Notes: generated by a model not told the origin, from the sequence alone. A stretch of DNA of 64,000 bases from Bacteroidota bacterium (GCA_049325415.1 JBMOLL010000071.1:5440-69439), one strand, 5' to 3'. Positions 29,356 to 39,747 are shown, numbered from the stretch's first letter. Program-made: numbers and translations.

Positions 29356-30021
29356 TTAAATACGTTCCCCGAAAATCGCAGATCCGATTCTCACCATGGT
29401 ACTTCCCTCTTCAATGGCAATCCTGAAATCATCCGACATACCCATCGACAGTGTATCGAAGTACTCTTTTTCCAGGAACTGATTTTGTTTCAGGGAATCA
29501 AACAGTGTTTTAAGGGATCTGAACTCCAGCCTGACTTTATCCATATCTTCAGTCAGGGAAGCCATGCCCATGAGCCCTCTTATTCTCAGATTGGGAAGAT
29601 CACTGATTGTTTCCCTTCCAAGCAAACCGGGCAGCTCTTCGGGATCGAATCCAAATTTGGTTTCTTCACCGGAGATATGTACCTGCAGGAGGCAGTTGAT
29701 CACCCTCTCATTCTTTTCGCCCTCCCGGTTTATTACATGAAGCAGTTTCATCGTATCCACTCCGTGGATCAGATGCACAAAAGGCGCGATGTACTTGACT
29801 TTATTGGTCTGAAGATGACCGATCATGTGCCATTGTACCTCTTCCGGCGTGCTGTCGTACTTGGCAAGGAGATCCTGTACCCTGTTCTCACCAAAATCGG
29901 TCTGCCCCACGGCAAAAGCCGCAAGCACCATGGAAACCGGTTTCATTTTGGATACAGCAACAAGGGTCACATGAGAAGGGATTTCCTTTCTGATCATCTC
30001 CAGGTTGGCAACGATATCCAT
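29356..30021 (-). CDS. YggS-family pyridoxal-phosphate homeostasis protein
   Basis: The start is taken at MDIVANLEMIRK (30021). Motifs are VAVSKMKP (PLP lysine), FGENRVQDL and WHMIGHLQTNKVKY. Confidence 0.9.
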   Translation of the reverse strand: MDIVANLEMIRKEIPSHVTLVAVSKMKPVSMVLAAFAVGQTDFGENRVQDLLAKYDSTPEEVQWHMIGHLQTNKVKYIAPFVHLIHGVDTMKLLHVINREGEKNERVINCLLQVHISGEETKFGFDPEELPGLLGRETISDLPNLRIRGLMGMASLTEDMDKVRLEFRSLKTLFDSLKQNQFLEKEYFDTLSMGMSDDFRIAIEEGSTMVRIGSAIFGERI

Positions 30022-30206
30022 CTTTTCAGGTTTATTGACCAAAAGTAGCAAAAAACAGTTATGGTTGAACCTTCCCGAATCAAATTCTTCGTCCTTCCGG
30101 CTTAAGACATTGCTGTACTGCAATTCACGGAAAACAGGCCTATACCTTGGCCAGCCTAATAAAAAAGGGCATCTGCCATGCCCTCTTTCTTATCTGAATA
30201 CCCGTG

Positions 30207-31454
30207 TTAACCGAGCGAATGTATAACCAGTCCGCTTCTCAGCTTGGGTTCGAACCAGGTGGTCTTGGGTGGCATGATCATTCCGCTGTCGGCTATATCC
30301 ATCAGTTGTTTCATCGAAACCGGGAATAAAGCAAAGGCAGCTTTCATCTCCCCGCTGTCCACTCTTTTCCTCAGTTCTTCCAGTCCCCTTATCCCCCCGA
30401 CGAAATCAATCCTGTTGGATTTTCTCAGATCGGTGATATTGAGCAGCGGTCCGAGTACCTGTTCCGAAAGGATGGTCACATCCAGGGCCCCTATCGGATC
30501 CTCATCGTCAAAGGTTCCCACTCTTGCTTCCAGTTCATACCAGTTCCCGGAAAGATAAAGGGAAAACTGGTGTAGTTTCCGGGGCTTGAATATCTCCGGA
30601 CCTTTTTTTCTTACAACAAAGCCTTTCTCCAGTTCCTGCAGAAAAGCGTCATCGCTCAGTCCATTAAGATCGGTAACCAGGCGGTTATAATCAATGATGG
30701 TGAGTTGAGAGGCCGGGAAATGGACAGCCAGAAAGTAGTTATATTCCTCATCGCCCCGGTGCTTCGGGTTCGCTTTTCTCCGCTCACTGCCCACGAGGGC
30801 GGCAGCAGCCGTCCGGTGGTGTCCATCGGCTACGTATGTAAGGGGGATTTCGTTCTCGAAAATCCTGGAGATTTCCTCTATATCCTTTTTGCCGGCAACC
30901 AGCCAGAAATGGTGACCCACGCCGTCGGGAGTCACAAAATCGTATTCGGGCTTTCCGGAAACAACGTCAGCAACGATCCGGTCGATCCCGGGATGATCGG
31001 GATAGGCAAAGAATACCGGTTCGGCATTGAATCCGGTAACACGGATATGGTTCATCCGGTCTTCTTCCTTGTCCGGACGGGTCAGTTCGTGTTTCCTGAT
31101 CACATTATTCAGGTAATCATCCACCGACGCACAACCAACAAGCCCATACTGGGTCCTTCCAAACATCGTCTGTCCGTAGATATAATACATTGCATCCTCG
31201 TCCTGAACAAATGATCCTTCCCCTATCAGGCGGTCGAGATTTTCTTTGCCTTTCAGGTAGACGGGTTCAGAATGCAGATCAATATCTTCCGGAAGGTCCA
31301 CTTCCGGTTTTACCACATGCAGGAAGGACAGGGGATTTCCTTTCACCTCTTCCCTTGCCTCTTCCGAGTTCAGCACATCGTAGGGTCTTGAAGCCACCTT
31401 GCTCACATTTTCCTTTCGCGGACGAAAACCTTTAAACGGTCTGACAATTGCCAT
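30207..31454 (-). CDS. DUF1015 family protein
   Basis: 415 aa. The N-terminal MAIVRPFKGFRP...RPYDVLNSEEARE and the internal ADGHHR motif are typical of DUF1015. Confidence 0.82.
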   Translation of the reverse strand: MAIVRPFKGFRPRKENVSKVASRPYDVLNSEEAREEVKGNPLSFLHVVKPEVDLPEDIDLHSEPVYLKGKENLDRLIGEGSFVQDEDAMYYIYGQTMFGRTQYGLVGCASVDDYLNNVIRKHELTRPDKEEDRMNHIRVTGFNAEPVFFAYPDHPGIDRIVADVVSGKPEYDFVTPDGVGHHFWLVAGKKDIEEISRIFENEIPLTYVADGHHRTAAAALVGSERRKANPKHRGDEEYNYFLAVHFPASQLTIIDYNRLVTDLNGLSDDAFLQELEKGFVVRKKGPEIFKPRKLHQFSLYLSGNWYELEARVGTFDDEDPIGALDVTILSEQVLGPLLNITDLRKSNRIDFVGGIRGLEELRKRVDSGEMKAAFALFPVSMKQLMDIADSGMIMPPKTTWFEPKLRSGLVIHSLG

Positions 31455-31488
31455 AAGTTCTTTGCTTTAATGGTTCTTTTAATAAATG

Positions 31489-31518
31489 AACCGGAAGGCC
31501 GTTCAGCCTTCCGGTTTT
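31489..31518 (-). terminator. Hairpin downstream of serA (possible terminator)
   Basis: 10-bp stem accggaaggc/gccttccggt with a 6-nt loop. The U-tract is weak on the minus strand and clearer (tttt) on the plus strand. Confidence 0.45.
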
Positions 31519-31546
31519 AGTATTCGGTCACCGGACGGGAGCTTTC

Positions 31547-32467
31547 TCAGTTAACCCTGAAAGTCTCATCCCCCTCCTTAATGAATTTCACGATCTGCCT
31601 GGCAGCGGCGACACCGGCATTCATGTTGGCTTCAGCTGTCTGCGCCCCCATTTTCTTGGGTGTAAAGAAGAAGCGTCCTTTGTACTTTTCTTCGATCTCA
31701 GCCCTGCAATCGGGTGCGACATCGGAAACATACCTGAAATCGGGTCTTTCGGCAAAGATCTTCAGCAGCGATGGTTCGTGGATCACTTCTTTCCTGGCCG
31801 TATTCACAAGGGTGGCACCTTCGGGCATCATGTTTAGCAGATCAAAGTTGATGGATTCCTTTGTCTGTGCGTTGGCAGGAATATGCAGGGAAACGTAATC
31901 ACATTTTTTGTAGAGGTCTTCCACTGAATTCTCGCATTTCACCCCGTCGTTCTCGATAATGACTTTATCCACGAAGGGATCATAGGCATAAACCTTCATG
32001 CCCATGCCCTTACCGATCATGCCCACGATCCGTCCGACGTAGCCATAGGCATGGATCCCCAGCTTTTTACCACGAAGTTCCACTCCCGTACTGCCATCGA
32101 AGCTGTTCCGGTTCAGGTAGATCATCATCCCGAAAGCCAGTTCTGCCACTGCATTGGAGTTCTGACCGGGAGTATTCATTACCACGATCCCCTTTTCAGT
32201 GGCGGCAGCCAGATCGACATTGTCATAGCCTGCACCGGCACGGACAACGATCTTCAGTTTTGAAGCAGCCGCTATCACCTCGCGGGTCACTTCATCACTG
32301 CGGATGATCAGGGCATCGGCATCTTTCACTGCGGCCAGAAGGTCGGCTTTGGAAGGGTATTTTTCCAGCAGGACACATTCGAAGCCGGCATCGAGGATCA
32401 CCTGTTTAACCTCTTTTACCGCAACCTTTGAGAAAGGTTTTTCCGTTGCAATCAGGACTTTTGCCAT
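31547..32467 (-). CDS. serA: D-3-phosphoglycerate dehydrogenase (short form)
   Basis: The start is taken at MAKVLIATEK (32467). It shows a 2-hydroxyacid dehydrogenase fold with NAD-binding motif GYVGRIVGMIGKGMGMKV. It lies directly downstream of serC. Confidence 0.85.
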   Translation of the reverse strand: MAKVLIATEKPFSKVAVKEVKQVILDAGFECVLLEKYPSKADLLAAVKDADALIIRSDEVTREVIAAASKLKIVVRAGAGYDNVDLAAATEKGIVVMNTPGQNSNAVAELAFGMMIYLNRNSFDGSTGVELRGKKLGIHAYGYVGRIVGMIGKGMGMKVYAYDPFVDKVIIENDGVKCENSVEDLYKKCDYVSLHIPANAQTKESINFDLLNMMPEGATLVNTARKEVIHEPSLLKIFAERPDFRYVSDVAPDCRAEIEEKYKGRFFFTPKKMGAQTAEANMNAGVAAARQIVKFIKEGDETFRVN

Positions 32468-32483
32468 AGTTAGTTGTTTTGGA

Positions 32484-33560
32484 TTAAACAGTTTTTTCAA
32501 ATTCCTTCATGGTATCCACCAGGGCCTGTACACTTTCTACAGGCATAGCGTTATAGATCGATGCACGGAAACCGCCCACGGAGCGGTGACCCTTAAGCCC
32601 GACCAGTCCTTTTGCAGAGGCCAGTTCATTAAAGGCACCTTCCTTCTCTTTATAATTATCGCTCATCACAAAGGTTACGTTCATAATGGAACGGTCTTTC
32701 GGGTCGGGCACGGTAGCCGTAAAAGCCTTATTCCGCTCGATTTCAGCATAGAGGATCTCGGCTTTCTTCAGGTTAAGCCTGTGCATGGCTTCCACACCAC
32801 CCTGCTGTTTATACCAGCGAAGGGTATGCAAGGCTGAATAAATGGCCACACAGGGTGGGGTATTGAACATCGATTCCTTTTCGATATGTGTCTTGTAGCT
32901 CAGCATGGTCGGGATCGGCCTCGGGGCTTCACCCAGGATATCATCCTTTACAATCACAAAGGTAACACCGGCCGGCGCCAGGTTTTTCTGTGCTCCGCCG
33001 TAGATCATTGCGTACTTTGAGATGTCAACAGGGCGGCTGAAAATATCCGACGACATATCGGCAACAAGGGGAACAGGCGATTTGATATCCTCCTTTAATT
33101 CCGTACCAAAAATGGTATTATTGGTGGTAATATGAAAGTAATCGGCATCGGCAGGGATGGTGTAACCTACAGGAATATAATTATAGTTCCTGTCTTTCGA
33201 TGAAGCCACCACGTCAACTTCGCCAAGAATCTTTGCCTCTTTAATTGCCGAAGATGCCCAGGTACCGGTATCCAGGTAGGCGGCCTTTTTTCTCAGCAGG
33301 TTATAGGGAACCATGCAGAACTGCATGCTGGCCCCGCCCTGCAGAAACAGGGTGGTGTAACCGTCGGGTATTGCCAGCAACTCCTTGAATAAAGCCCTGG
33401 CCTCATCCATGATGGCAATAAACTCTTTGCTTCGGTGGGATATTTCCATAACGGAAAGACCTGATCCGTTCAGATCAAGAATACCCTTTGCCGTCTCCTG
33501 AATTGCGTAAGGCGACAAAATTGAAGGACCTGCTGAAAAATTATGTTTCTTCATAGCCAT
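32484..33560 (-). CDS. serC: Phosphoserine aminotransferase
   Basis: 358 aa. N-terminal [11 protein letters not shown] and an overall class-V aminotransferase SerC pattern. Confidence 0.93.
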   Translation of the reverse strand: MAMKKHNFSAGPSILSPYAIQETAKGILDLNGSGLSVMEISHRSKEFIAIMDEARALFKELLAIPDGYTTLFLQGGASMQFCMVPYNLLRKKAAYLDTGTWASSAIKEAKILGEVDVVASSKDRNYNYIPVGYTIPADADYFHITTNNTIFGTELKEDIKSPVPLVADMSSDIFSRPVDISKYAMIYGGAQKNLAPAGVTFVIVKDDILGEAPRPIPTMLSYKTHIEKESMFNTPPCVAIYSALHTLRWYKQQGGVEAMHRLNLKKAEILYAEIERNKAFTATVPDPKDRSIMNVTFVMSDNYKEKEGAFNELASAKGLVGLKGHRSVGGFRASIYNAMPVESVQALVDTMKEFEKTV

Positions 33561-33673
33561 ATGATTAGATGTTAATTGTTATTCAGATAACACTCAAAGG
33601 TAGCATTTAATGAAATTAAAACCAAAAAACGATTTGCTAGTTATAAACTAAAAGTTAACACACGATATTTTTA

Positions 33674-34399
33674 TCAATCTTTAAACGGAACCAGGTAATC
33701 TTCTTCAAGAACCGGGATAATTTCCGTTAAATCCGTCTGATGACAATATCCGATGACATCGTCCAGACTGTTCTTTTTAAGCCGATGTCGCTGGGCGGCT
33801 TTTTCGATATAGCCCAGGATATCATTCTGGGCGAGCTTAAAGAGGTCCATGGAGGCATGAGCCGAATCGCAGATGGTATAAAAGCGATCGTCTTCGAGGA
33901 TTTTTGATGCAAGTGCTCCGGCAAAAAGGGAATCTTCCAGGTTGAATTTGTTTTTCCAGCCTGCGCAGAGGATCAGGACATCCCTGTGCATAAGGGCGAG
34001 ATGATTTGCCACGGCTGAAAGGTTAAGCCAGGCACCCACCAGGACCTGAAAACCGGATGAAGCCAGGTGAATGGCCTGGGTTCCGTTGGTTGTGCTGTAA
34101 ACAATTTCCCTGTTGCGGACACGATCGGGGGTAAAGTTGTAGGGCGAATTCCCGAAGTCTGCAAAATCCCTCACGATCCCGTCACGCTCTGCGGCCACCA
34201 TATATCCTTTTTCCTTGCAGGCCAGGGCTTCTTCGAGCGTACCAACGGGAATGATCCTTTCTGCTCCGTTCATAAAGGCGGTAACGATAGCCGAACTGGC
34301 CCTGAGAATATCGGTTACGACCACCACGGCTTCCGGATTTTCAAAATACGGATAGAGTGCCGGTGAATAGCAAACCTCTATTTTCTTCGTTTCCGTCAT
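33674..34399 (-). CDS. 2-phosphosulfolactate phosphatase (ComB) family protein
   Basis: 241 aa. VVVTDILRASSAIVTAF...IIPV and TTNGTQAI match the ComB-family pattern. Confidence 0.78.
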   Translation of the reverse strand: MTETKKIEVCYSPALYPYFENPEAVVVVTDILRASSAIVTAFMNGAERIIPVGTLEEALACKEKGYMVAAERDGIVRDFADFGNSPYNFTPDRVRNREIVYSTTNGTQAIHLASSGFQVLVGAWLNLSAVANHLALMHRDVLILCAGWKNKFNLEDSLFAGALASKILEDDRFYTICDSAHASMDLFKLAQNDILGYIEKAAQRHRLKKNSLDDVIGYCHQTDLTEIIPVLEEDYLVPFKD

Positions 34400-34407
34400 G
34401 CCGGGGT

Positions 34408-35499
34408 TCAGTTGTTCTTATAAAAGGGAAGTTTCACCACTTCAGCTGCGATATGTTTCCCCCTGATCTCCACCCATAATGAGCTGCCTGGTGCGGCAAA
34501 AGCAGGTTCCACATAGGCCATGCCGATCCCTTTATTGAGCATGGGCGACATGGTACCCGAGGTCACCTCTCCTATCTGTTTCCCTTCTTTATCCACCAGT
34601 GGATAATGTTGACGGGGAATTCCTCTTTCCAGCATTTCAAAGCCAATCAGCTTTCTGCTTACTCCTTCATCCCGCTGCTTTTCGAGCAGAGGCCTGTCAA
34701 TGAAATCATTGCCTTCGGTAAACTTCGTGATCCAACCCAGGCCGGCTTCAATCGGGGAGGTCGTATCGGTAATATCGTTTCCATACAGGCAATAGCCCAT
34801 TTCGAGACGAAGCGTATCCCTGGCAGCCAGGCCAACGGGAATCAGATCATAGGAAGCACCGGTTTCAAAAATCCGGTCCCAGATCACCTGTCCGTCCTGA
34901 TTATTGAAATAAAGTTCAAAACCACCGGCTCCGGTATACCCGGTGTTGCTGATGATCACATCATCAATTCCTGCCAGTTTTCCGGTTACAAAGGTATAGT
35001 AGGGTACTGATGACAGGTTGATGTCGGTCAGGTTCTGCAGCAGGTTCAGTGCATCAGGGCCCTGGATGGCCAGCTGTGAAATATGGTCCGAGGCATTCTC
35101 AAGAATGGCTCCGAATTTATTCTGACGGTTGATCCATTCCCAGTCCTTATCAATATTGGCAGCATTCACCACGAGCAGGTACTTTTCTTCCTCATACATG
35201 TATACCAGCAGGTCATCAACGATCCCGCCTTTTCCGTTGGGCAGGCAGGAATACTGGATCTTCCCCGGTTGCAGTTTGTTGATATCATTACTTGTTACGT
35301 ACTGAACAAGTGCTGCGGCCTGCGGGCCCTTCACCCAGAATTCGCCCATGTGGGACACATCGAAGAGCCCGACTCCCTGCCTGACCCTGATATGTTCATC
35401 CCTTACGCCGGAATATTCGACGGGCATTTCAAAACCAGCAAAAGGGACAATTTTAGCCCCCATCTGGACATGTGACTGATAGAAAATCGTACGCTTCAT
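34408..35499 (-). CDS. gcvT: Glycine cleavage system aminomethyltransferase T
   Basis: 363 aa with [24 protein letters not shown] and a C-terminal GcvT barrel. Confidence 0.95.
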   Translation of the reverse strand: MKRTIFYQSHVQMGAKIVPFAGFEMPVEYSGVRDEHIRVRQGVGLFDVSHMGEFWVKGPQAAALVQYVTSNDINKLQPGKIQYSCLPNGKGGIVDDLLVYMYEEEKYLLVVNAANIDKDWEWINRQNKFGAILENASDHISQLAIQGPDALNLLQNLTDINLSSVPYYTFVTGKLAGIDDVIISNTGYTGAGGFELYFNNQDGQVIWDRIFETGASYDLIPVGLAARDTLRLEMGYCLYGNDITDTTSPIEAGLGWITKFTEGNDFIDRPLLEKQRDEGVSRKLIGFEMLERGIPRQHYPLVDKEGKQIGEVTSGTMSPMLNKGIGMAYVEPAFAAPGSSLWVEIRGKHIAAEVVKLPFYKNN

Positions 35500-35605
35500 T
35501 AAAGGAAAATTGTGTCATGAAATTATGAACACAAATGTAATACTTTCCTTGTTGCACGAAAATTGTTTAAAAGCAGATCGCCCCTGTTTTCGTGGCCCTG
35601 CGGAC

Positions 35606-35635
35606 AAAAAAACCGGCAGGTGCTGACCTGCCGGT
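35606..35635 (-). terminator. Intrinsic terminator downstream of the OmpA-family gene
   Basis: Stem accggcagg/cctgccggt with loop tgctga. A T7 run follows on the minus strand. Confidence 0.65.
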
Positions 35636-35661
35636 ATGAGAAATTTTTCAGGTTTTCCTGT

Positions 35662-37734
35662 TTATTTGCTGATCACCTTGAATTCAACCCTGCGGTTTTT
35701 CTCCTTACCATTGGGCGTGTCGTTGGTCGCAATCGGCTGAGTATCTGCATAGCCCTTATATTGCAGCCTTCCGGCACTGATCCCTCTGCCGACAAGGTAA
35801 TCCACAACAGCTTTGGCCCTGGCCTCCGACAGTTTGGCGTTCACCTTATAGGATCCCGTATTATCGGTATGTCCGGAGATTTCCAGTTCAACAGAAGGAT
35901 TGTTCTCCAGGAACCTCAGAACCTGATCGATGGAATTGTAGGAAGCCGGTGTCAACACCGCCTTGCCCGTTTCAAAATAAATGTTTTCCAGAACCACCTT
36001 GGTGCCCACTTCGATGCGCTGCAGGTAAAAATCCTGATTAATCACGTCGTCGCCTGTGGCGGATGACAGGTCCATGACATCGAGAAAATACAGATATCCG
36101 GTGGCATTGATTTCAACTCCGTAGGGGCGTGCGTGTTCAAGCCGTACCGTGTATTTCCCTCCGCTGAGCGACATGGCCGTGGCCTCAACCACACCCGACT
36201 CCGCATTGATAAAGGAGATTCTGGCCACAACGGTTGTATCCCTGCCCATGGTATCCCTTACAACACCCGAGATCACATAGGCCGTATCAAGACTAAGGGC
36301 AACGGGAAGAGTGAAGAAGCCCTTTTTGGGACTCAGGGCCGGCCCTGCAATAAGGGTATCCCTGGTAGCGGTAAGCATTTCCTTTTCCGCTCCGAGAAAG
36401 ATCACCTTGTAAATATCCTTTGCCCCCATGCCTTCCTGCCGGATAGCCGAATAATAACCAAACCGTCCTGTTTTGTCGGTAATGTAAAACAGTTCGTCGT
36501 CGGGACTGTTGATCGGATAGCCCATATTTACCGGTTCCGACCAGTTACCGACCTCTGAACGCTCGGAACGGAAAATGTCAAAGCCACCCATTGAATTGTG
36601 CCCCATGGAGGAAAAGTACATATAGCGTCCATCGGGGGAAATAAATATTCCTTCCTCATCGTAGGGCGTATTGATCAGACGGCCAAGATTTTCAGGTTCC
36701 TGCCATTTTCCCTTTGCATCGATCCGTGTTAAATAAATATCCTTGCCCCCGTTGCTTGTCTTCGGGTTGTCGGAGATGAAATAGAGTTCCGAACCATCCG
36801 GTGAGAGACAGGCAGAGGTCTCCCTGGCTTCGCTTTTCAGTTTACCTTTCAGGGATTCGGGCTTTTTCCATGTTTCTTTTTCAGGTTTCAGCCTTGAGAT
36901 CAGTATGTCGCCGCCTTCCACATCTCCCTTGTAGATAAACAGTTCAGTGCCGTCGGGAGAGATTCCGACGATGGCTTCATTATGATCCGAGTTAAAAGGC
37001 TTTCCAAGACGCCCGGCCTGCAGGAAATTCCCGTCATGAATCCGGGAGACATAGATATCCTCGAGGAACTTATTATCAATTTCAGAACGGTCGGGCTTTT
37101 TACCCCAGGGTCTCCTGGAAGTAAAGAACAGTGCTGTATCACCGCCTGCAAAAACAGGATTATAATCGTCAAACTCGGAGTTTACTTCGGGTCCGAGGTC
37201 CTGGATGATCAGCCTGACAGGATTTTGAACGAGTTCCTTACCGTATTTGCATTCCATGATCAGTTTTTCCACTTCATCGCGGAATTCCTTACTTTCTTCC
37301 GGTGTCAGTGACTGGCTGAAGAGCAGGTACTGATCCCTGGCCTTATCAAATTCCAGGACCTGGTGGTAGGCCCGTCCGAGCAGGTAGCGGATATCGCGGC
37401 TTACCGCCGGGTTCAGTTCATAGGCCCTGACCAGAAAACGGATGGCCTCATATTTATCATCGGTATAGAGGTAGCATACCCCGATCCTGTAATTCAGGAC
37501 CGCATTGTCGGGATTATACTGGTTGGCGAAAAGATAATGATCTCTGGCCAGAACCAGGAAACCTTTTCCCTTTTCAAAATAGTCATTTCCTGCCTCGACA
37601 CTCTTCCAGGCTTCCTTGAAGCCCTCTTTGCGATCGGTCCTGAATTCCTTTTTCAGGATCCTAACATCATCCTGTGCCTGCATTGCGGGAGCAAACAGGA
37701 TCATGAACAAAAGGTAAAAACATATCCTTTTCAT
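35662..37734 (-). CDS. OmpA-family outer-membrane/peptidoglycan-associated protein with TPR and PD40 (TolB-like) repeats
   Basis: 690 aa with a signal peptide and N-terminal TPR units. It has repeated SPDG..L.F (PD40) motifs. The C-terminal OmpA domain is present (FETGKAVLTP...ISGHTDNTGS...N..LSEARAKAVVDYL). Confidence 0.85.
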   Translation of the reverse strand: MKRICFYLLFMILFAPAMQAQDDVRILKKEFRTDRKEGFKEAWKSVEAGNDYFEKGKGFLVLARDHYLFANQYNPDNAVLNYRIGVCYLYTDDKYEAIRFLVRAYELNPAVSRDIRYLLGRAYHQVLEFDKARDQYLLFSQSLTPEESKEFRDEVEKLIMECKYGKELVQNPVRLIIQDLGPEVNSEFDDYNPVFAGGDTALFFTSRRPWGKKPDRSEIDNKFLEDIYVSRIHDGNFLQAGRLGKPFNSDHNEAIVGISPDGTELFIYKGDVEGGDILISRLKPEKETWKKPESLKGKLKSEARETSACLSPDGSELYFISDNPKTSNGGKDIYLTRIDAKGKWQEPENLGRLINTPYDEEGIFISPDGRYMYFSSMGHNSMGGFDIFRSERSEVGNWSEPVNMGYPINSPDDELFYITDKTGRFGYYSAIRQEGMGAKDIYKVIFLGAEKEMLTATRDTLIAGPALSPKKGFFTLPVALSLDTAYVISGVVRDTMGRDTTVVARISFINAESGVVEATAMSLSGGKYTVRLEHARPYGVEINATGYLYFLDVMDLSSATGDDVINQDFYLQRIEVGTKVVLENIYFETGKAVLTPASYNSIDQVLRFLENNPSVELEISGHTDNTGSYKVNAKLSEARAKAVVDYLVGRGISAGRLQYKGYADTQPIATNDTPNGKEKNRRVEFKVISK

Positions 37735-37746
37735 GTCGGCAGTTTT

Positions 37747-38781
37747 TTATTTACACTCCTTTAAATAGCGGGATGCTTCCTCAATTCCCAGTTCCCGGGC
37801 ACGGGTCCAGTCGGCACAGGCCCCATCCAGATCACCGGTCATTTCCCTGACCAGGCCACGGTTCAGGTAGATCAGCCCATAGGAAGGAAAGACCTGGGCA
37901 GCCTGATCAAACATCAGTAGCGCGCCTTCCAGATCACGTGATTTGGCCAGGGTTACTGCCCGGTTCAGACCGGCTTCCGGAAAATCTGAGGAAAGGGCTG
38001 CTGCCCTGTTGAAATCGGCCAGGGCTTTTTCATAATCCCCCAGTTGATAATAGGCATATCCCCTGTTATTGTAGGCATAGACCAGCGTTGAATCCTGGCT
38101 TACCGCCTTGTCAAAATCGGCAATGGCACCAGCGTAATCGCCCAGCCGGATCTTAACGGCACCCATGTTATTATAGGCAAGGGGGAAGAAATCCTGGTAA
38201 TTCACCGCCAGTTTATAATCGTACAGGGCCCCCTGCAAATCTCCCTGAACTCTCTTTATACCTGCCCTGTCGTGGTATGCCAGGGGATAATCCGGCTTCT
38301 TTTCCACAGCCGAGTTAAAATCGATCAGTGCCTGATCGGCCTTTCCGCAGAGCAGCCTGGTAATCCCCCTGTAATAATAGGCCTCCGCAATGGTATACCC
38401 ATATTTTACCGCATTGTCAAACATAGGTTCTGCCTCATCGCAGGGTATCGTGCCGTAGAGCAGATACCCTTTATAAAACCATGCCTCCCCGTTTTCCGGC
38501 ATGGCAAAAAGTAACTGATCAAGATCGCTCAGCGCCACTTTATACATCCCCGTTTCAATTTCCGCCTTTCCTTTCTGAAGCAGGGCATCCAGGTTGGACG
38601 GATCCGTGGCAAAGCAATCGCCAAATAAGCTTACTGCACGCTGATAATCCTCATTCTGAACAGCTAAGACCGCTTCATTGTAGAGCCGCGCTGCCTGTCT
38701 TTTCTCCCTCAGCGGGACCTGACCTTCTGTTGCCGACAGGGTAAAAACTACCCCGGTAAGCAAGATGATAAGTTTTTTCAT
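37747..38781 (-). CDS. TPR-repeat protein with signal peptide
   Basis: The start is taken at MKKLIILLTGVVF (38781). About 8 TPR units are visible (AYNNRGYAYYQLGDYEKALADFNRAAAL and others). Confidence 0.8.
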   Translation of the reverse strand: MKKLIILLTGVVFTLSATEGQVPLREKRQAARLYNEAVLAVQNEDYQRAVSLFGDCFATDPSNLDALLQKGKAEIETGMYKVALSDLDQLLFAMPENGEAWFYKGYLLYGTIPCDEAEPMFDNAVKYGYTIAEAYYYRGITRLLCGKADQALIDFNSAVEKKPDYPLAYHDRAGIKRVQGDLQGALYDYKLAVNYQDFFPLAYNNMGAVKIRLGDYAGAIADFDKAVSQDSTLVYAYNNRGYAYYQLGDYEKALADFNRAAALSSDFPEAGLNRAVTLAKSRDLEGALLMFDQAAQVFPSYGLIYLNRGLVREMTGDLDGACADWTRARELGIEEASRYLKECK

Positions 38782-39015
38782 CCGGATTATTTTTATTTCA
38801 ATGCTCGTATGCTGAAAGAACCTGTATAAGAAACGTGACCATAAAAAAGCGAAAATAGTTTCGTCGGCCGGAAGAATTTTCACTCCTGAAAATGGCTGAC
38901 AACGGCTGAACGGAGCAAATGCCGAAAAATATGATCAAACCGTTTCATTTCTAAAAATAAAAAAATAAATTTATTGTTTTGAAGTATAGTCCACCAATCT
39001 TTTAACAGACCTCTG

Positions 39016-39348
39016 ATGATCACTGATCTAAGTTACCTGAAAACCATGTCGGAAGGTGATAAAAATTTCATCGCTGAGATGATCTCCATATTCAAGGAAC
39101 AGGTACTCGAATACCAGGCTATGATGCCGGATCTTCTTGCTGCAGGGGATTTTATTAACCTGTCAAAGCTCGCACACAAGGCAAAATCGTCGGTTGCCGT
39201 GATGGGAATGACCGATACAGCAGAATTGCTCCGCGAACTGCAGATCGTCGCAGCGGAAAAAGACGACAAATCGGAAATACCCGGATTTGTTGATAAATTT
39301 ATTGGCGACTGTAATCTTGCCTTAACTGAACTGGAAACCTACACCTGA
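39016..39348 (+). CDS. Stand-alone histidine phosphotransfer (Hpt) domain protein
   Basis: 110-aa four-helix-type sequence with an AHKAKSSVAVMGM motif (His54), matching the HxxKG/S-S Hpt signature. Confidence 0.8.
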   Translation: MITDLSYLKTMSEGDKNFIAEMISIFKEQVLEYQAMMPDLLAAGDFINLSKLAHKAKSSVAVMGMTDTAELLRELQIVAAEKDDKSEIPGFVDKFIGDCNLALTELETYT

Positions 39349-39361
39349 AAACCCTGAAGCT

Positions 39362-39700
39362 ATGCTTGATATACAGACCATTAAGAATGTTACCGTAGCG
39401 TCATTCAAAAATACCGACCGCTTCAACGCTTTACTGGCCGATCCGGTGAAGGAAAAACTTGTGGAGATCTTCAACAAGCCCAATACAAAACTGGTCATGA
39501 ATCTCGAAGGGATCAGTTTTATCGACAGTTCAGGTTTCGGTGTTTTTCTGGCGCTGATGAAAGCGGCAAACAACCATTACGGCACATTCAAGATCTGTAA
39601 TGTAGCCCGGGAAGTAATGGAGCTTTTCAAGCTTCTCCAGCTTCATAATGTCTTTGAAATCTATAACAGCCTGGATGAGTGCATAGACAGCTTTAACTAA
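39362..39700 (+). CDS. STAS-domain anti-sigma-factor antagonist
   Basis: 112 aa that starts 13 nt after the Hpt stop. The motif ISFIDSSGFGVFLAL retains the SpoIIAA-type phosphorylatable Ser (Ser56). Confidence 0.85.
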   Translation: MLDIQTIKNVTVASFKNTDRFNALLADPVKEKLVEIFNKPNTKLVMNLEGISFIDSSGFGVFLALMKAANNHYGTFKICNVAREVMELFKLLQLHNVFEIYNSLDECIDSFN

Positions 39701-39747
39701 GCGCTGCGCACTCCTTTCCAGGCAGTTAAACCCGGGTCAGGCAGGGC

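Noticed and set aside
35500-35661. Possible glycine riboswitch upstream of gcvT
   Set aside because: No GGAGAG...CACCG-type glycine aptamer core was found on the minus strand. The only clear structure is the terminator of the upstream OmpA-family gene.
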